Below are positions 37,597-49,586 of a stretch of DNA of 64,000 nt, one piece after another (the first letter of the stretch is position 1; the number at the start of each line of letters is the position of its first letter). The translations under genes and the position numbers were made by a program. A model generated the notes under the pieces. The model did not search any database. It worked only from the letters and a program-made list of their open reading frames with translations, and was not told where the DNA came from. The stretch is from the NCBI RefSeq assembly GCF_006345805.1, contig NC_042998.1, forward strand, positions 32,798,001-32,862,000. Direction: 5' to 3'. The stretch comes from Octopus sinensis (taxonomy: Eukaryota).

Positions 37597-38811
37597 GGCC
37601 ATAATGACAACGATGATGAATATGTATTAATGGTTATACATCTATTAACGCATACATCAAATGAAAATATTGCCTGAAAATTATTTTTATAATGTCAGCA
37701 TTTTGCTACATACTTATATATATAAAATAATTCTCTTTTAGTGCTTGCTACATGTTGAAGTCTTCTCCATTAATGGTGCTAAAGAAAATAAGAGGGGACA
37801 CCTTTACGCGAGTGATCATGACATTTGATATCGTTCTAATGATGTAACATTGAACTGAATGGTTCTTCATCGGCAGAAATAATCTTTTTGATCCGCTGCA
37901 TTAGAATATTCTAGTTCAGCCCTCGTTAGGTTTATACGAAGTTACGCAAGATGTGAAAATAATGACAATAATTTAAGTTTTCATTGATATTCTACATAAT
38001 TTCTTATGGAAATATATCGTTTAAGTGTCTAATCGAATTAATTTTCATTCGACTAAAGATTGCTTAGAATAAGTTGGTCTTTCATCCTTTCGGGGTCGAT
38101 AAAAATAAGTACCAGTTGATCAGTGGGGTCGGCGTAATCGACTTATCCTCTCCCTCGAAATTGCTGGCCTTGTGCCAAAATTTGAAATCAGTAGTTTGTT
38201 GGCGTTCTCTATTTCAACGAAAAGAACCAAAAAAATTAAGTCCCGATTCTCTTACATTATGTCTATTATAAGTTTGGAATTCATGATTTTCAACAAACTC
38301 TATAACAAGCCCATATTTTCGACTGTGTCAAAACACACAGAAAATACTCGGTTTCTACTTCTTGTTTTGCCCTGAGTCATCCCTGACTGGGCAATCTTAT
38401 GATCAGAGTCATTCCGTTCATGACTTCTTCCTTGGTTTTCTTCTTATATTCATTTCTTTGATTCATTTCTTTGCCTCAACATTGTTTATTGCATGCGAAT
38501 GATTAGTTGGTTTGAGCACTTCTAAACAAGAGTTCTCTTGTTTGTAGGGCTGTGTCATAATCAAGTATGGTGTCGTTGGAGGGGTCACCTGTATTCCCAT
38601 TTGTTAAGTTGCTCGTTAGATCTTACAACTCTGGTTTTGACGGTTTAAGGATTTCTTACTTTGCCCAACTCTTATCATTTAAGCTATTGTGTATGAATAC
38701 ACTGGACTGATTCTTGAAGGTATGTGTCAAAATTGAGCTGCTTGGGAAGTATGACTCAGTAGAAATCATTGATACTTATTGAAAGATAAAGAGACTGGCA
38801 AAGAAACAAAT

Positions 38812-39118
38812 AGAGAGATAGATAGATTAGATCGATCGATAGATAGATAGATAGATTAGATCGATCGATCCATAAATAGATAGATTAGATCGATCGATAA
38901 ATAGATAGACTCGATCGATCGATAAATAGGTAGATTAGATCGATCGATAAATAGATAGATTAGATTACATAGATAGATTAGATTAGATAGATTAGATTAA
39001 ATTAGATAGATTAGATAGATAAGATCGATAGATGGATTAGGTCAATCGATCGATCGATAGATTAGATTGATAGACAGATAGATTAGATCAGTAGATATGT
39101 AGATAGATAGGTAGATTC
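38812..39118. repeat. Compound GATA/GATTA/GATC repeat
   Basis: Recurrent tagattagatcgatcgatagatag. Confidence 0.9.
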
Positions 39119-40065
39119 AAAAGCATAGTAGTGCAATGACAGATTTTACAGATTGATATCAGTTCTTGCACAGTTTGAAACTTGAGCGGACTTAAGAGCT
39201 ATTCTTGGTATCAGTACATAACGATTCGGTTCAAAGTCTCTCTTGACCAGAAATAGCCTGAACTCTTTGTATGAACACCCTCCCTGTACATAACTCCATG
39301 TCCCCCTACATGGCCTTGCGTTTGCTTTTTGAGCCAAAAAAATTAAATTAAATTAAATTAATAAAGTCTGCTACAAGGACTTAACAAGAAATTCGAGGAC
39401 TGTATAAAATTTGAAAGGTTGTAATCAAAATATTTGTGGTGTCCCGTTTGTAGCCTCATCTTGACGGTTGTCCCTACCAAGAAATGATCAAAACATGACC
39501 TGGAAATTAAAATTAATTTTAAAAAGGAGATGTAAATAACTTGAGCTTTAATTTTTGTGGAGGTAAAGTATGAAGGCTATTCCAAGAAGATCGAGGGACC
39601 CCAGAAACTATGTTGTTGTTGGAGGTGGGTGCATAGCAGCAGAAATACGTCGTTCAAATGGAGGGAAAGGCAAAACTGTTAGATATCAGACGAAAAGTAA
39701 ATCAATTAAGTGAAGCGCAAAAACTGTACTAACATTCAATTGCTTGCATTGAAGAAGAAGAAACTAAAGTTCAGATCAAGGAAGGATCCGCTACGGTTGT
39801 TGGATCTGGTAAATATAGAATATCTGTAAACACACACACTCTGACTTCTCATGAAAGAATGCCATATTGGTCACAATTGTCAGGTGTATTTGGTGTATAA
39901 GAAGAAAACCAAGGCAGACGTCATGAACGGAATGACTCTGATCATAAGATTGCCAAGTCAGGGATGACTCAGGGCAAAGCAAGAAGTAGAAACCGAGTGT
40001 TTTGACACAGACGAAAATATGGCTTGTTATAGAGTTTGTTGAAAATCTTGAATTCCAAACATATA

Positions 40066-41228
40066 TTTCTTTACTAACCACAAGGGGCTAAACACAGAGG
40101 GGACAAACAAGGATAGACAAACGGATTAAGTCTACCACGTCGACCCCCAGTGCGTAACTGGTACTTAATTTATCGACCCCGAAAGGACGAAAGGCAAAGT
40201 CGACCTCGGCGTAATTTGAACTCAGAACGTAGCGGCAGACGAAATACGGCTACGCATGTCGTCCGGTGTGCTAACGTTTTTTTATTTCTTTTCGTTGAAA
40301 TAGAGAACGCCAAAAAAATATTGATTTCAAATTTTGGCACAAGGCCAGCAATTTCGGGGGAGAGGATAAGTCGATTACGTCGACCCCAGTGATTATCTGG
40401 TACTTATTTTATCGACCCTGAAAGCATGAAAGATCAACTCGACCCCGGCGACATTTGAACTCAGAACGTAAAGTCGCAAGAAATGTTGTTATGCATTTTT
40501 ACTGGCGAAGTAATGATTCTGTTAGTTTGCCTTCTTAATCGCCAACAGAATATTCCTTTCTACTAAAGGCACAAGGTCTGAAATTTTGAGGGAGTGGGTA
40601 CTCGATTACACCGGGCCCAGTAATTGATTGGTATTTATTTTATCGATTCCGAAAGTATGAGAGGTAAAGTCAACCTCGGCAGAATTTGAACTCGTGATAC
40701 AAAGGCAAACGAAATACCAACCATTTTGTCCGACGTGCTAATGATTCGGCCAGATTGCCAATAAAAACAATTATTTCTAATTTTGGCACAAGGCCAGCAA
40801 GTTCAGGAGAGAATGTAAGTCGATTAGATCGACCCCAGTGCTTAACTGGGGCTCATTTTATCGAACCCGAAAGGATGACAGTAAAGTAGACGTCGGTGGG
40901 ATTTGAACCCAGAATGTAAAGACGGACGAAATGACGCTAAGCATATTATCTGGCGTGCTATAAAATCAATAAAATATGAAATCATTAACGATTACCTACT
41001 TCTTTACTACCCACAAGGGGCTAAACAGAGAGAGGACAAACAAGACAGACAAACGGATTAAGTCGATTACATCGCCCCCAGTGCGTAACTGGTACTTAAT
41101 TTATTGACTCCGAGAGGATGAAAGGCAAAGTCAACCTCGGCGGAATTTGAACTCAGAACGTAACGGCAGACGAAATACGGCTAAGCATTTCACCAGGCGT
41201 GCTAACGCTTCTGCCAGCTCGCCGCCTT
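40066..41228 (-). mobile_element. Cluster of five co-oriented family B SINEs with tail types 1, 3, 2, 3, 1
   Basis: Bodies at about 40066-40280, 40320-40540, 40552-40770, 40778-40960 and 40998-41228. Confidence 0.8.
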
Positions 41229-41448
41229 ATCATTAACGATTACCAAACACTAAAATTTTCTTCTTATCACATACAAAAGCGTATGATTAGCGCAAAGAAG
41301 AAGCAACTGATAAATGCAAAAGTCGGACTGTGTTTAGTAACAGAATAAACGTAGAGGCATTAAGTCCCTTTTAAAGGGTTAATTTGTTAGTTTTATACGA
41401 CAAATCAGTGAAGAATAGAAAGTCTGTAAGAGAAATAACGATAAACGT

Positions 41449-41754
41449 CGCCCTTTTCAAGCCTAGCCAGGCTCATGGGCCCGGTTTCCCGGTTTCTGTG
41501 GTGTATGTATCCCCCCCACCAGCTGGACGGGACGCCAGTCCATCGCAGCGTTACCCAAGAAACAGGAAGAGAGAGTGAGAGAAAGTTGGGGCGAAAGAGT
41601 ACAACAGGGGTCATCACCACCCCCTGCCGGGGCCTCGTGGAGCTTTTAGGTATTTTCGCTCAATAAACACACACAACGCCCGGTCAGGGAATCGAAACCG
41701 CGATCCTCCGACCACGAGTACGCTTCCCCAACCACTGGGCCATTGCGCCTCCAC
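41449..41754 (-). mobile_element. tRNA-derived SINE, head H1 plus tail T1
   Basis: Same head as 9214-9592; tail gtaacgctgcgatggactggcgtcccgtccagctgg...gaaaccgggaaaccgggcccatgagcc. A related copy is at 53533-53812. Confidence 0.8.
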
Positions 41755-42704
41755 TGTAAGAGAAACGGTCCGATGAAATAAACTCTGTCAAATATTTGCT
41801 TTTCCTTGCGTTCATAAATCATATTTGTAACTTGACTGAACTCACAAATAACAAATGAACAGCATCTTTAGATTTTTTAAGTACTTTTAAGTGTTCTGAA
41901 GTCAACGACTCTATTCGCCTGGAAAGATTCTTTTAATTTTATACTTGACATCATATATTTAAGTATTTCAAAGATCTACGATTAGTTCCATAACGCAACA
42001 AAAGAAATATGAACACTGATTTTGCATCGATGAGATATCGATAATTTAATAAATGAACTGAAATGTAATAATTGATGATTTGTTTGAGGACTGGAATCTG
42101 ATATGCAATTTTATTTTTGGAAGAAAGAGTAAAATTGATGATAATAACTTGTTAGGACAGTTATTAATTGAAGTATAAGTGTCAGGCTTTCGGCATTTTG
42201 CTTGCAGATATGTAGCTGCATTGACAAAATGTTATTCAATATGAAAACATTTTTGCCTCAGTTTATCTTTCTTAGTCTCTGTTCAACAACTTCATTCATT
42301 CTAATTCTCAAAGCATTTATTATATTTGATATTTATTTGCTTTTAAAGTTGCAGCTTCAAATTGGCTAACACAAATGCAAACATTAAACAAAGAAAATTT
42401 TCAGATACATTACAAATAGATTTGAATAAAATCTTAGAAATATTTCCTTCTTCATATGCCCGAGGTTAATGTTTTATTGCTAAGATATTCTATTAGATTT
42501 ACAAGCTTTATTTGAATTTTAACAAATGATGGTTAAAAAAAAAGAGTATTGTGTAATATAGAAAATCGTAAATGCTTGAAGCTAGCTTTGAATTTTCTAA
42601 GTCACAATTCATGAAATCGTATAATTATATGATTCGTGAAACAAGATTATACAGTAAAGCAGTCAATAAAGAAGGTCAAGAATCTGTCCAGTTTTGTATA
42701 TTCT

Positions 42705-43490
42705 TTTCTACTCTAGGCACAAGGCCCGAAATTTTGGGGGAGGGGGCCAGTCGATTAGATCGACTCCAGTACGCAACTGGTACTTCATTTATCGATGAGA
42801 GGCAAAGAAGACCTCGGCGGAAATTTGAACTCAGAACGTAAGGACAGACGAAATACCAGTAAATATTTCGCCCGACCTGCTAACGTTTCTTATTTCTTTA
42901 TTGGCCACAAGGAACTAAACACAGAGGGGACAAACAAGGACAGACAAACGGATTAAGTCGATTATATCGACCCCAGTGCGTAACTGGTACTTATTTAATC
43001 GACCCCGAAAGGATGAAAGGCAAAGTCGACCTCGACAGAATTTGAACTCAGAACGTAGAGGCAGACAAAATACCTATTTCTTTACTACCCCGAAGGGGCT
43101 AAACACAAAGGGGACGAACAAGGACAGTCAAACGGATTAAGTCGATTATATCGACCCCAGTGCGTAGCTGGTACTTAATTTATCCACCCCGAAAGGATGA
43201 CAGGCAAAGTCGACCTCGACAGAATTTGAACTCAGAACGTAAAGACAGACGAAATACCTATTTCTTTACTACCCACAAGGGGCTAAACATAGAGAGGACA
43301 AACAAGGGCAGACAAACGGATTAAGTCGATTACATCGACCCCAGTGCGTAACTGGTACTTAATTTATCGACCCCGAAAGGATGAAAGGCAAAGTAGACCT
43401 CGGCGGAATTTGAACTCAGAACGTAAGGACAGACGAAATACCAGTATTTCGCGCGGGGTGCTAACGCTTCTGCCAGCTCGCCGCCTTTGA
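42705..43490 (-). mobile_element. Tandem array of four family B SINE units (three tail 1, one tail 2)
   Basis: One complete head at 43487; internal junctions at aaagaaata|ggtattt(c/t)gtc and aaagaaata|agaaacgttagc. Confidence 0.9.
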
Positions 43491-46400
43491 AGTTGACCAC
43501 TGCAATATTTGAACTCAGAATGTAAAGAGCCGGGAAAAGAGATCGCTACATATTCTGCCCGATATGCCAGTTTTGTATATTAACACAGAACGACTTCCGT
43601 TTTATTTCAATAATACCATTAAAAAGTTTAATTCTAACAAAACCCCGCTTCCTCTTTAAAACTGAAATTACCGTGTCTAGTAAACATTAGGAGAAATGAT
43701 GGCTTCAAAAAAGCGCTTCTTACAAATGTTGTATGAAACCAATCAGCGTCTCCGAAAAACAGTATAAAAATTCTTTTGAGCCGATGTCGAGGAGTGGTGT
43801 CAAAAATATCAAACTTCACATGTTCGCAGGCGTAGCTATGTGGTAATAAGTTTGCTTCCCAACCACATGTTTCTGGGTTCAATCCTACTGCGTGTCACCT
43901 TGAGCACGTAACTTCTACTATAGCCTCGGGCCGACCAAAGCCTTGTGAGTGGATTTCATAGACAGAAAGTGAAAGAAGCCCGTCGTTTGTGTCTGTGTGC
44001 GGGTATGTGTGTGTCTTTGTATCTGTTTATCCCTCCCCCCCACCGCTTGACAACCTGTGTTCGTGTGTTTACTTCTCTGTAACTTAGCGATTAAGCATAA
44101 GAGACCGATGAAATAAATACCAGGCTTTACAAAAACAAGTACTGGAGTCGATTCGTTCGGCTAAAATTATTCAAGGCAGTGCTCCAGCGTGGTCACCATT
44201 TAATGAGTGAAAACAAGTTAAAGATAAAATATAGAAGATGTTTAATAAAAGGTTTTTGTTAAAATGACAAATGAAATCATGAGCGAATTGTAAGAAGAGT
44301 TCTCTGGCAGTTGACAATTAGTATTCGTTTATTTAATTAACTTAATGAACTGCGCATTGAATTAACCTGTTAAGTTAGGGAGCATTCAGGGGGCATATAA
44401 TTCCTCTGAATTCCGCCTGAGAATTATCTTACTATAATTCCATAGCAGAAACGGTGTCACATAGAATGACAAGGTTGTACATTTGAATTACAGGTACAAT
44501 TGATATAGCGAGCTTCCGTACAGTTTCCATCAACTGAATTTCATTATTGATATATGGGTTGACCGAAGCCATAAAAATTTATACTTGCCAATGCTCTCCC
44601 GATATTGTATCAAACGCAGTTCCTAGTGGTTGTGAACTGAGCTTCTTTAATATTCAACCATACTGCGCCTACAATTGAACTGTAATAGTAATAACAGCAT
44701 TGGAGATAAACTCATAAGTTTTTGAGAAACATTTACTATATAAAAAAAGAAACACTAAAATAGAAAAAAATGAATATTTGATGATTATTTTAAATTTCAC
44801 GTGGGAAATAATGAGACATTAATCCTTCTCAAACCTTATTTCAAACCCTCAATTGTGCTAGCTGTTCCTTGCTTTTCATGTTCAGTGAAGATTGCCCTTG
44901 TCTGCGAATGCACTTTACATCTGAACTATCCTACACAGCAGAGATGATAACCAACACTATCCCACTAAGTATTTGTCTTGCAAAGTCAAAACTCACAAAT
45001 CTTAAACCACAAATTCTTTAACTTCCAAATTCACAATCAAATAAAGCTGAATACAACATGTAGAGGCAGCTACTCCTTATTCAATTCCTGAAAATTGATT
45101 ATCAAGAAATAAAAGAAGTTTAAATATCACATGTCTTCGAAGTACTCTCACATTCCAAATTGCAAAGAGATATTTCATGTTAAGTAAGGTATGTGACTTT
45201 GTTTTAAATGGGAAGAACTCGTATCGTCCGTACAATCTGACTGTGTCCATACATTCTGATTCTGTGTCGTCTAAATCACTTAGAACCAGTGGTAATACGT
45301 GGTCAGAGACCGGATGTACAAGCTGCAGTAGATTTAACAGAGCTTGATAAGACACCGTCTGTGGGATTAACTCTGATAGTTCTATCAGGGATATCAGATA
45401 TCTTTGATACTCACAGACAGTGAGCCTGTTTCACTTATAGTTGGAAGTGTGTCAAAGGCCATTGTGAGTTATAATCTTAATTTTATTGAGATTTAAAGGG
45501 GAAAATTTGACAAGTCAGTCAGTCACCCGCTGACACTCGCTGACGCTACATCGAAGAGGCCAGGGAACAGAAGAAAGAAGACATGCACCCAACACCAGAG
45601 CTGAAGACACCTCCGAAAGGTGGGGGCTCGCCACGTCAAAACGGTAGCGGAGTAGAGGCCGAAACCGGACGTGGTTCCTCCTGATGATGTCTTGAGCTAA
45701 CTGGATCCTATAAAGGAGCTGTTGTGGTAGCAGACCACGAAACACGGTTGTAATTCCTCCTCTAGATCTCTCCAGATAAGAGTGAGAAACTCATCTCTTA
45801 AAGGTATTTAGATTTGGATTAATTCTCAACTTTCTGCGATATATTTGGATTTGGATTAATTCTCAACTTTCTGCGATATATTGTCCAATGAAGATTTATA
45901 TAAAAAGTATTGCTAAAGAGTTTCAATATGAACGGCAGTCTTTTAGCAGCTATTGTGTTATGATTGACAATAATATCGTAATAGAAGTGAGCCGAATTCT
46001 AACAGCATGGTAGAATTTAAATTGTTTTTATAACTACAGGATAGAATCTGGAAAAGGTAGAATCATGTGATGGCATATGTTGGAAACAATTAATCAATGT
46101 GGTTTCCTAGAATACGTTCATTTGTTGTGAGTAGTGGAAAATGTAATGTTTTTGAGGTTTGGTACAAAGAAAAGGTAAGAAGATGATGTTATCAACTGGG
46201 ATATATGTAGCAGATTTATGGTAAAAATTAAATTAATGACGAAGAGAAATAGGGGTGGAATAGGTCGAAAGAAAGAAAAATGGCTTGTGAAGCGAACATA
46301 GAGAGAAGCTATGAATTAGAGGCACCAGCAAGAGCCAGTGTTGCAAATAAGATTTCAAATAAGGCGAGAAGTTTAAGAGAAACCAAGACAAAATGGATGG

Positions 46401-46721
46401 AACGGGAAGCAAAAAGATAATTAAAAATAACAATTCAAGGAAAAAGACACCCATATAATATTCATAAATTTGAATGAGTGAAATATTCCATCATCAATGG
46501 TAACCAAGATATACATGGAAAGGAAAGATAACCGTACATTCATACAATGAATACTAAAACATTAACAGTCGCTCGTATATGTACAAACCTGTAACAGTTC
46601 AGAAAATAACAAACGGCCTTATCAGAATAGCTCGAATGAACATATACACAGTATCACAGAGACGCATACTTGCACACATACATGCATTTATATCCTCATT
46701 TTCAGACACACATATACATAT

Positions 46722-46767
<46 letters not shown>

Positions 46768-47779
46768 GACGGGGTTCTTTCAGTTTCCATCTACCAAATC
46801 CACTCACAAGGCTTTGGTCGGCTCGAGGCTATAGAAGACACTCACTTGAGATGCCACGCAGTGAGACTGAACCCTGAGTCATGTGGTTGGAAAGCAAGCT
46901 TCTTACCACACAGCCACACTTGCACCTGTTAAATGAAAATATTTAACAAGATCCCTTGTAATACCTATTTCTTTATTATCCACAAGGGGCTAAACATAGA
47001 GGGGACAAACAAGGACAGACATAGGTATTAAGTCGATTACATCGACCCCAGTGCGTAACTGGTGCTTATTTAATCGACCCCGAAAGGATGAAAGGCAAAG
47101 TCGACTTCGGCGGAATTAGAACTCACAACGTAGCGGCTGACGAAATACGGCTAAGCATTTCGCCCGGCGTGCTAACGATTCTGCCAGCCCACCGCCTTGT
47201 AATACCTGGCAGAGATCTGAAACCTTCGCTTGTGGTTTTGTTTTATGTTACTACTCCTAAACACGCTTACCTACTCGACAACCATAAATACAAAAAAATA
47301 TATATGTATGAATAAGATAATAATTGAAAATTCAAATCTCGCACTTTCGTCAAACATTGTCTTTGCCCAGTGTATTTCAGTTTTGCATTGTCAACACATC
47401 TGAAATAGAGAAAAATACGATAAATAAAGTGCTTTTAAGTATAACTGAATACGAGAGAGAATAGTTTATGGAAAATTAAACGATCATTAAATCCGTTATA
47501 TCTGTTCAATGCTGTCTTCCAAAACCTTTTTTCTCAGTTTCGTCTTTGTTGTATTGCATAATAATACTATTAACTCACCCAAAACAGAAGATATTTTTTA
47601 TTGCAACTGACAGAGTAGTTTTAAAACTGCATTTATAATTTACTTGATTTAGCTTTCCATAGGTAGTTGTTTGAATTATTAATGATATCCTTGTGTTACA
47701 ACTTTAAAAAAAAAAGCCTTATTGGGTATCTGACTGTAAAAGTTAAAAGTTTGAAGCTTCCTTCTTATCTCTTGACTGT

Positions 47780-48300
47780 GTGGTGTTTGGGACATTGGTT
47801 GATGACGTCACAATCAAATTTCGCCACCTCTCTCGGTCTTCGGCTGCCCTCCGTGAGTTGGCGAAACTGAGCCCTGTTCACTCATTGATGTCAACCCAGG
47901 TGATGACCGATCCGTTATGAGTTCTGGTCCGGTTGTCATCATCATCATGAATGTATTATGGACAAGTTAGCTCAGGGAAGCCCATTCTTCTACAAGCTGT
48001 TGACCGTATGCCTCTTAACCGAGACACGCCTTGACCCAAAACACTCAGCTGTTGGTCATATCATGTTTCTCGGTCCTAGCCGGGAACATCTCGGAAAGCC
48101 TACTGAGAGTATTTCACCTTCCGGTGCAGTGTTAACACCATCTCCTCACTTGATTTTGTCCATCAACTGAAGAGGGGTACTGAAGTGTGACGCTTGGAGC
48201 CATCGAGAATTAGGAGTTGAATGAAAACTAGTGATGCCTGTCCGCCGAACCACGACAGGCAAGGTGCAACTGCTAGACGCCAAAGTTACTACCCCACTTC
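47780..48300 (-). mobile_element. Decayed RTE-clade LINE 3' fragment (different family)
   Basis: Minus strand WVDINE*TGLSFANSRRAAEDRERWRNLIVTSS matches the RTE terminal WxDxIxEWTG....A.DR..WR motif. Confidence 0.6.
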
Positions 48301-48897
48301 AGAGCCTCTTACGCTTTCAGAACAATAATACGCATTCTGTTTTCTGGAAATTTTTATCTTATCTTTCAATATTTTAATATTTAAAAGCTCTCTCTCAAAG
48401 TCAAAGAGGCATTAATTTTTCTAAATTTATAGTAGAATCTTTGTCAGTTAAAAGCATCAAATATATAAACACAAAAGTATAATGTTGACTTTCATGTATT
48501 TATTTAGTTGCAAGGCCAAAGTTACTTCAGTCTATTCCTAGCACTCGATGTAAATATATTCACTGTTGCATACACAACCTTTGCATCTATTGATACTCAT
48601 CTATAGATAGAAAGTAGGTTATTCTGATAAACGATAAAATAAAAATGACATAATAATATACCTAATATACCTTTGAGGAATAACTTTGATTTTGAAACTA
48701 TTAGAAGCGTTGAAAAAGATCACTGGTCTATTCAGGTTTTATATCAAAAATGCGGTTTCATTCTTCGTATATATTAATATTCCGGAACCTATTGACGTTT
48801 ACAACTAATGTCTTTTATAGGTTCTTATTTTATATTGTTATAAAATTATTGGCCTCATACTGATAATAACCTTAGATTTAGTTTATTTATGCATATA

Positions 48898-48931
<34 letters not shown>

Positions 48932-49384
48932 TCTGACTAAATAAAACTTAATCAACAAAATTAAACAAAATATTATTTTTTAAAAAAATTGTTGAGGTGA
49001 AATATTGACTTTTAGAGAGAGAAGATAAATGTTCAATATAAATCCTTGCTTTCACACCTTATCTTTTATTCTTTTACTTGTTTCAGTCATTAGACTGCGG
49101 CCATGCTGGAGCACCGCCTTGAAGAATCTTAGTCGCATGAATCGACAAAGTATTTATTCTTTTAAATCAGGTACTTATTCTAGCGGTCTCTTTTAGACAC
49201 AGACACACGCACGCACGTATACGATGGGCTTCTTTTAATTTTCTTCTATCAAATCCACTTACAAGGCATTGGTCGGCCGTGGCTATAGCAGAAAGACACT
49301 TGCCCAAGATACCATGCAGTGGGACCTAGTCAGGATCTACGTGGGAAGCAAACTTCGTATGCTACATGAACAACAAATGGTTAT

Positions 49385-49525
49385 AGATGTTATTTACATT
49401 TGACAGATATTTATCCTCATCGCGTTTGTTGTTAACACAACATTCGGCTGATATACCCTCCAGCTTTCATCAGGTGTCTTGGGGAAAATTCGAACCTGGG
49501 TTCTCATTCCTAAGGTATTTTTCGA

Positions 49526-49527
<2 letters not shown>
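49385..49527 (-). mobile_element. Family A body and tail, separated from its head (52513-52596) by Dong insertions
   Basis: Degenerate hammerhead gacacctgatgaaagctggagggtatatcagccgaatgttgtgtt at 49479-49434. Confidence 0.85.
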
Positions 49528-49582
<55 letters not shown>

Positions 49583-49586
<4 letters not shown>

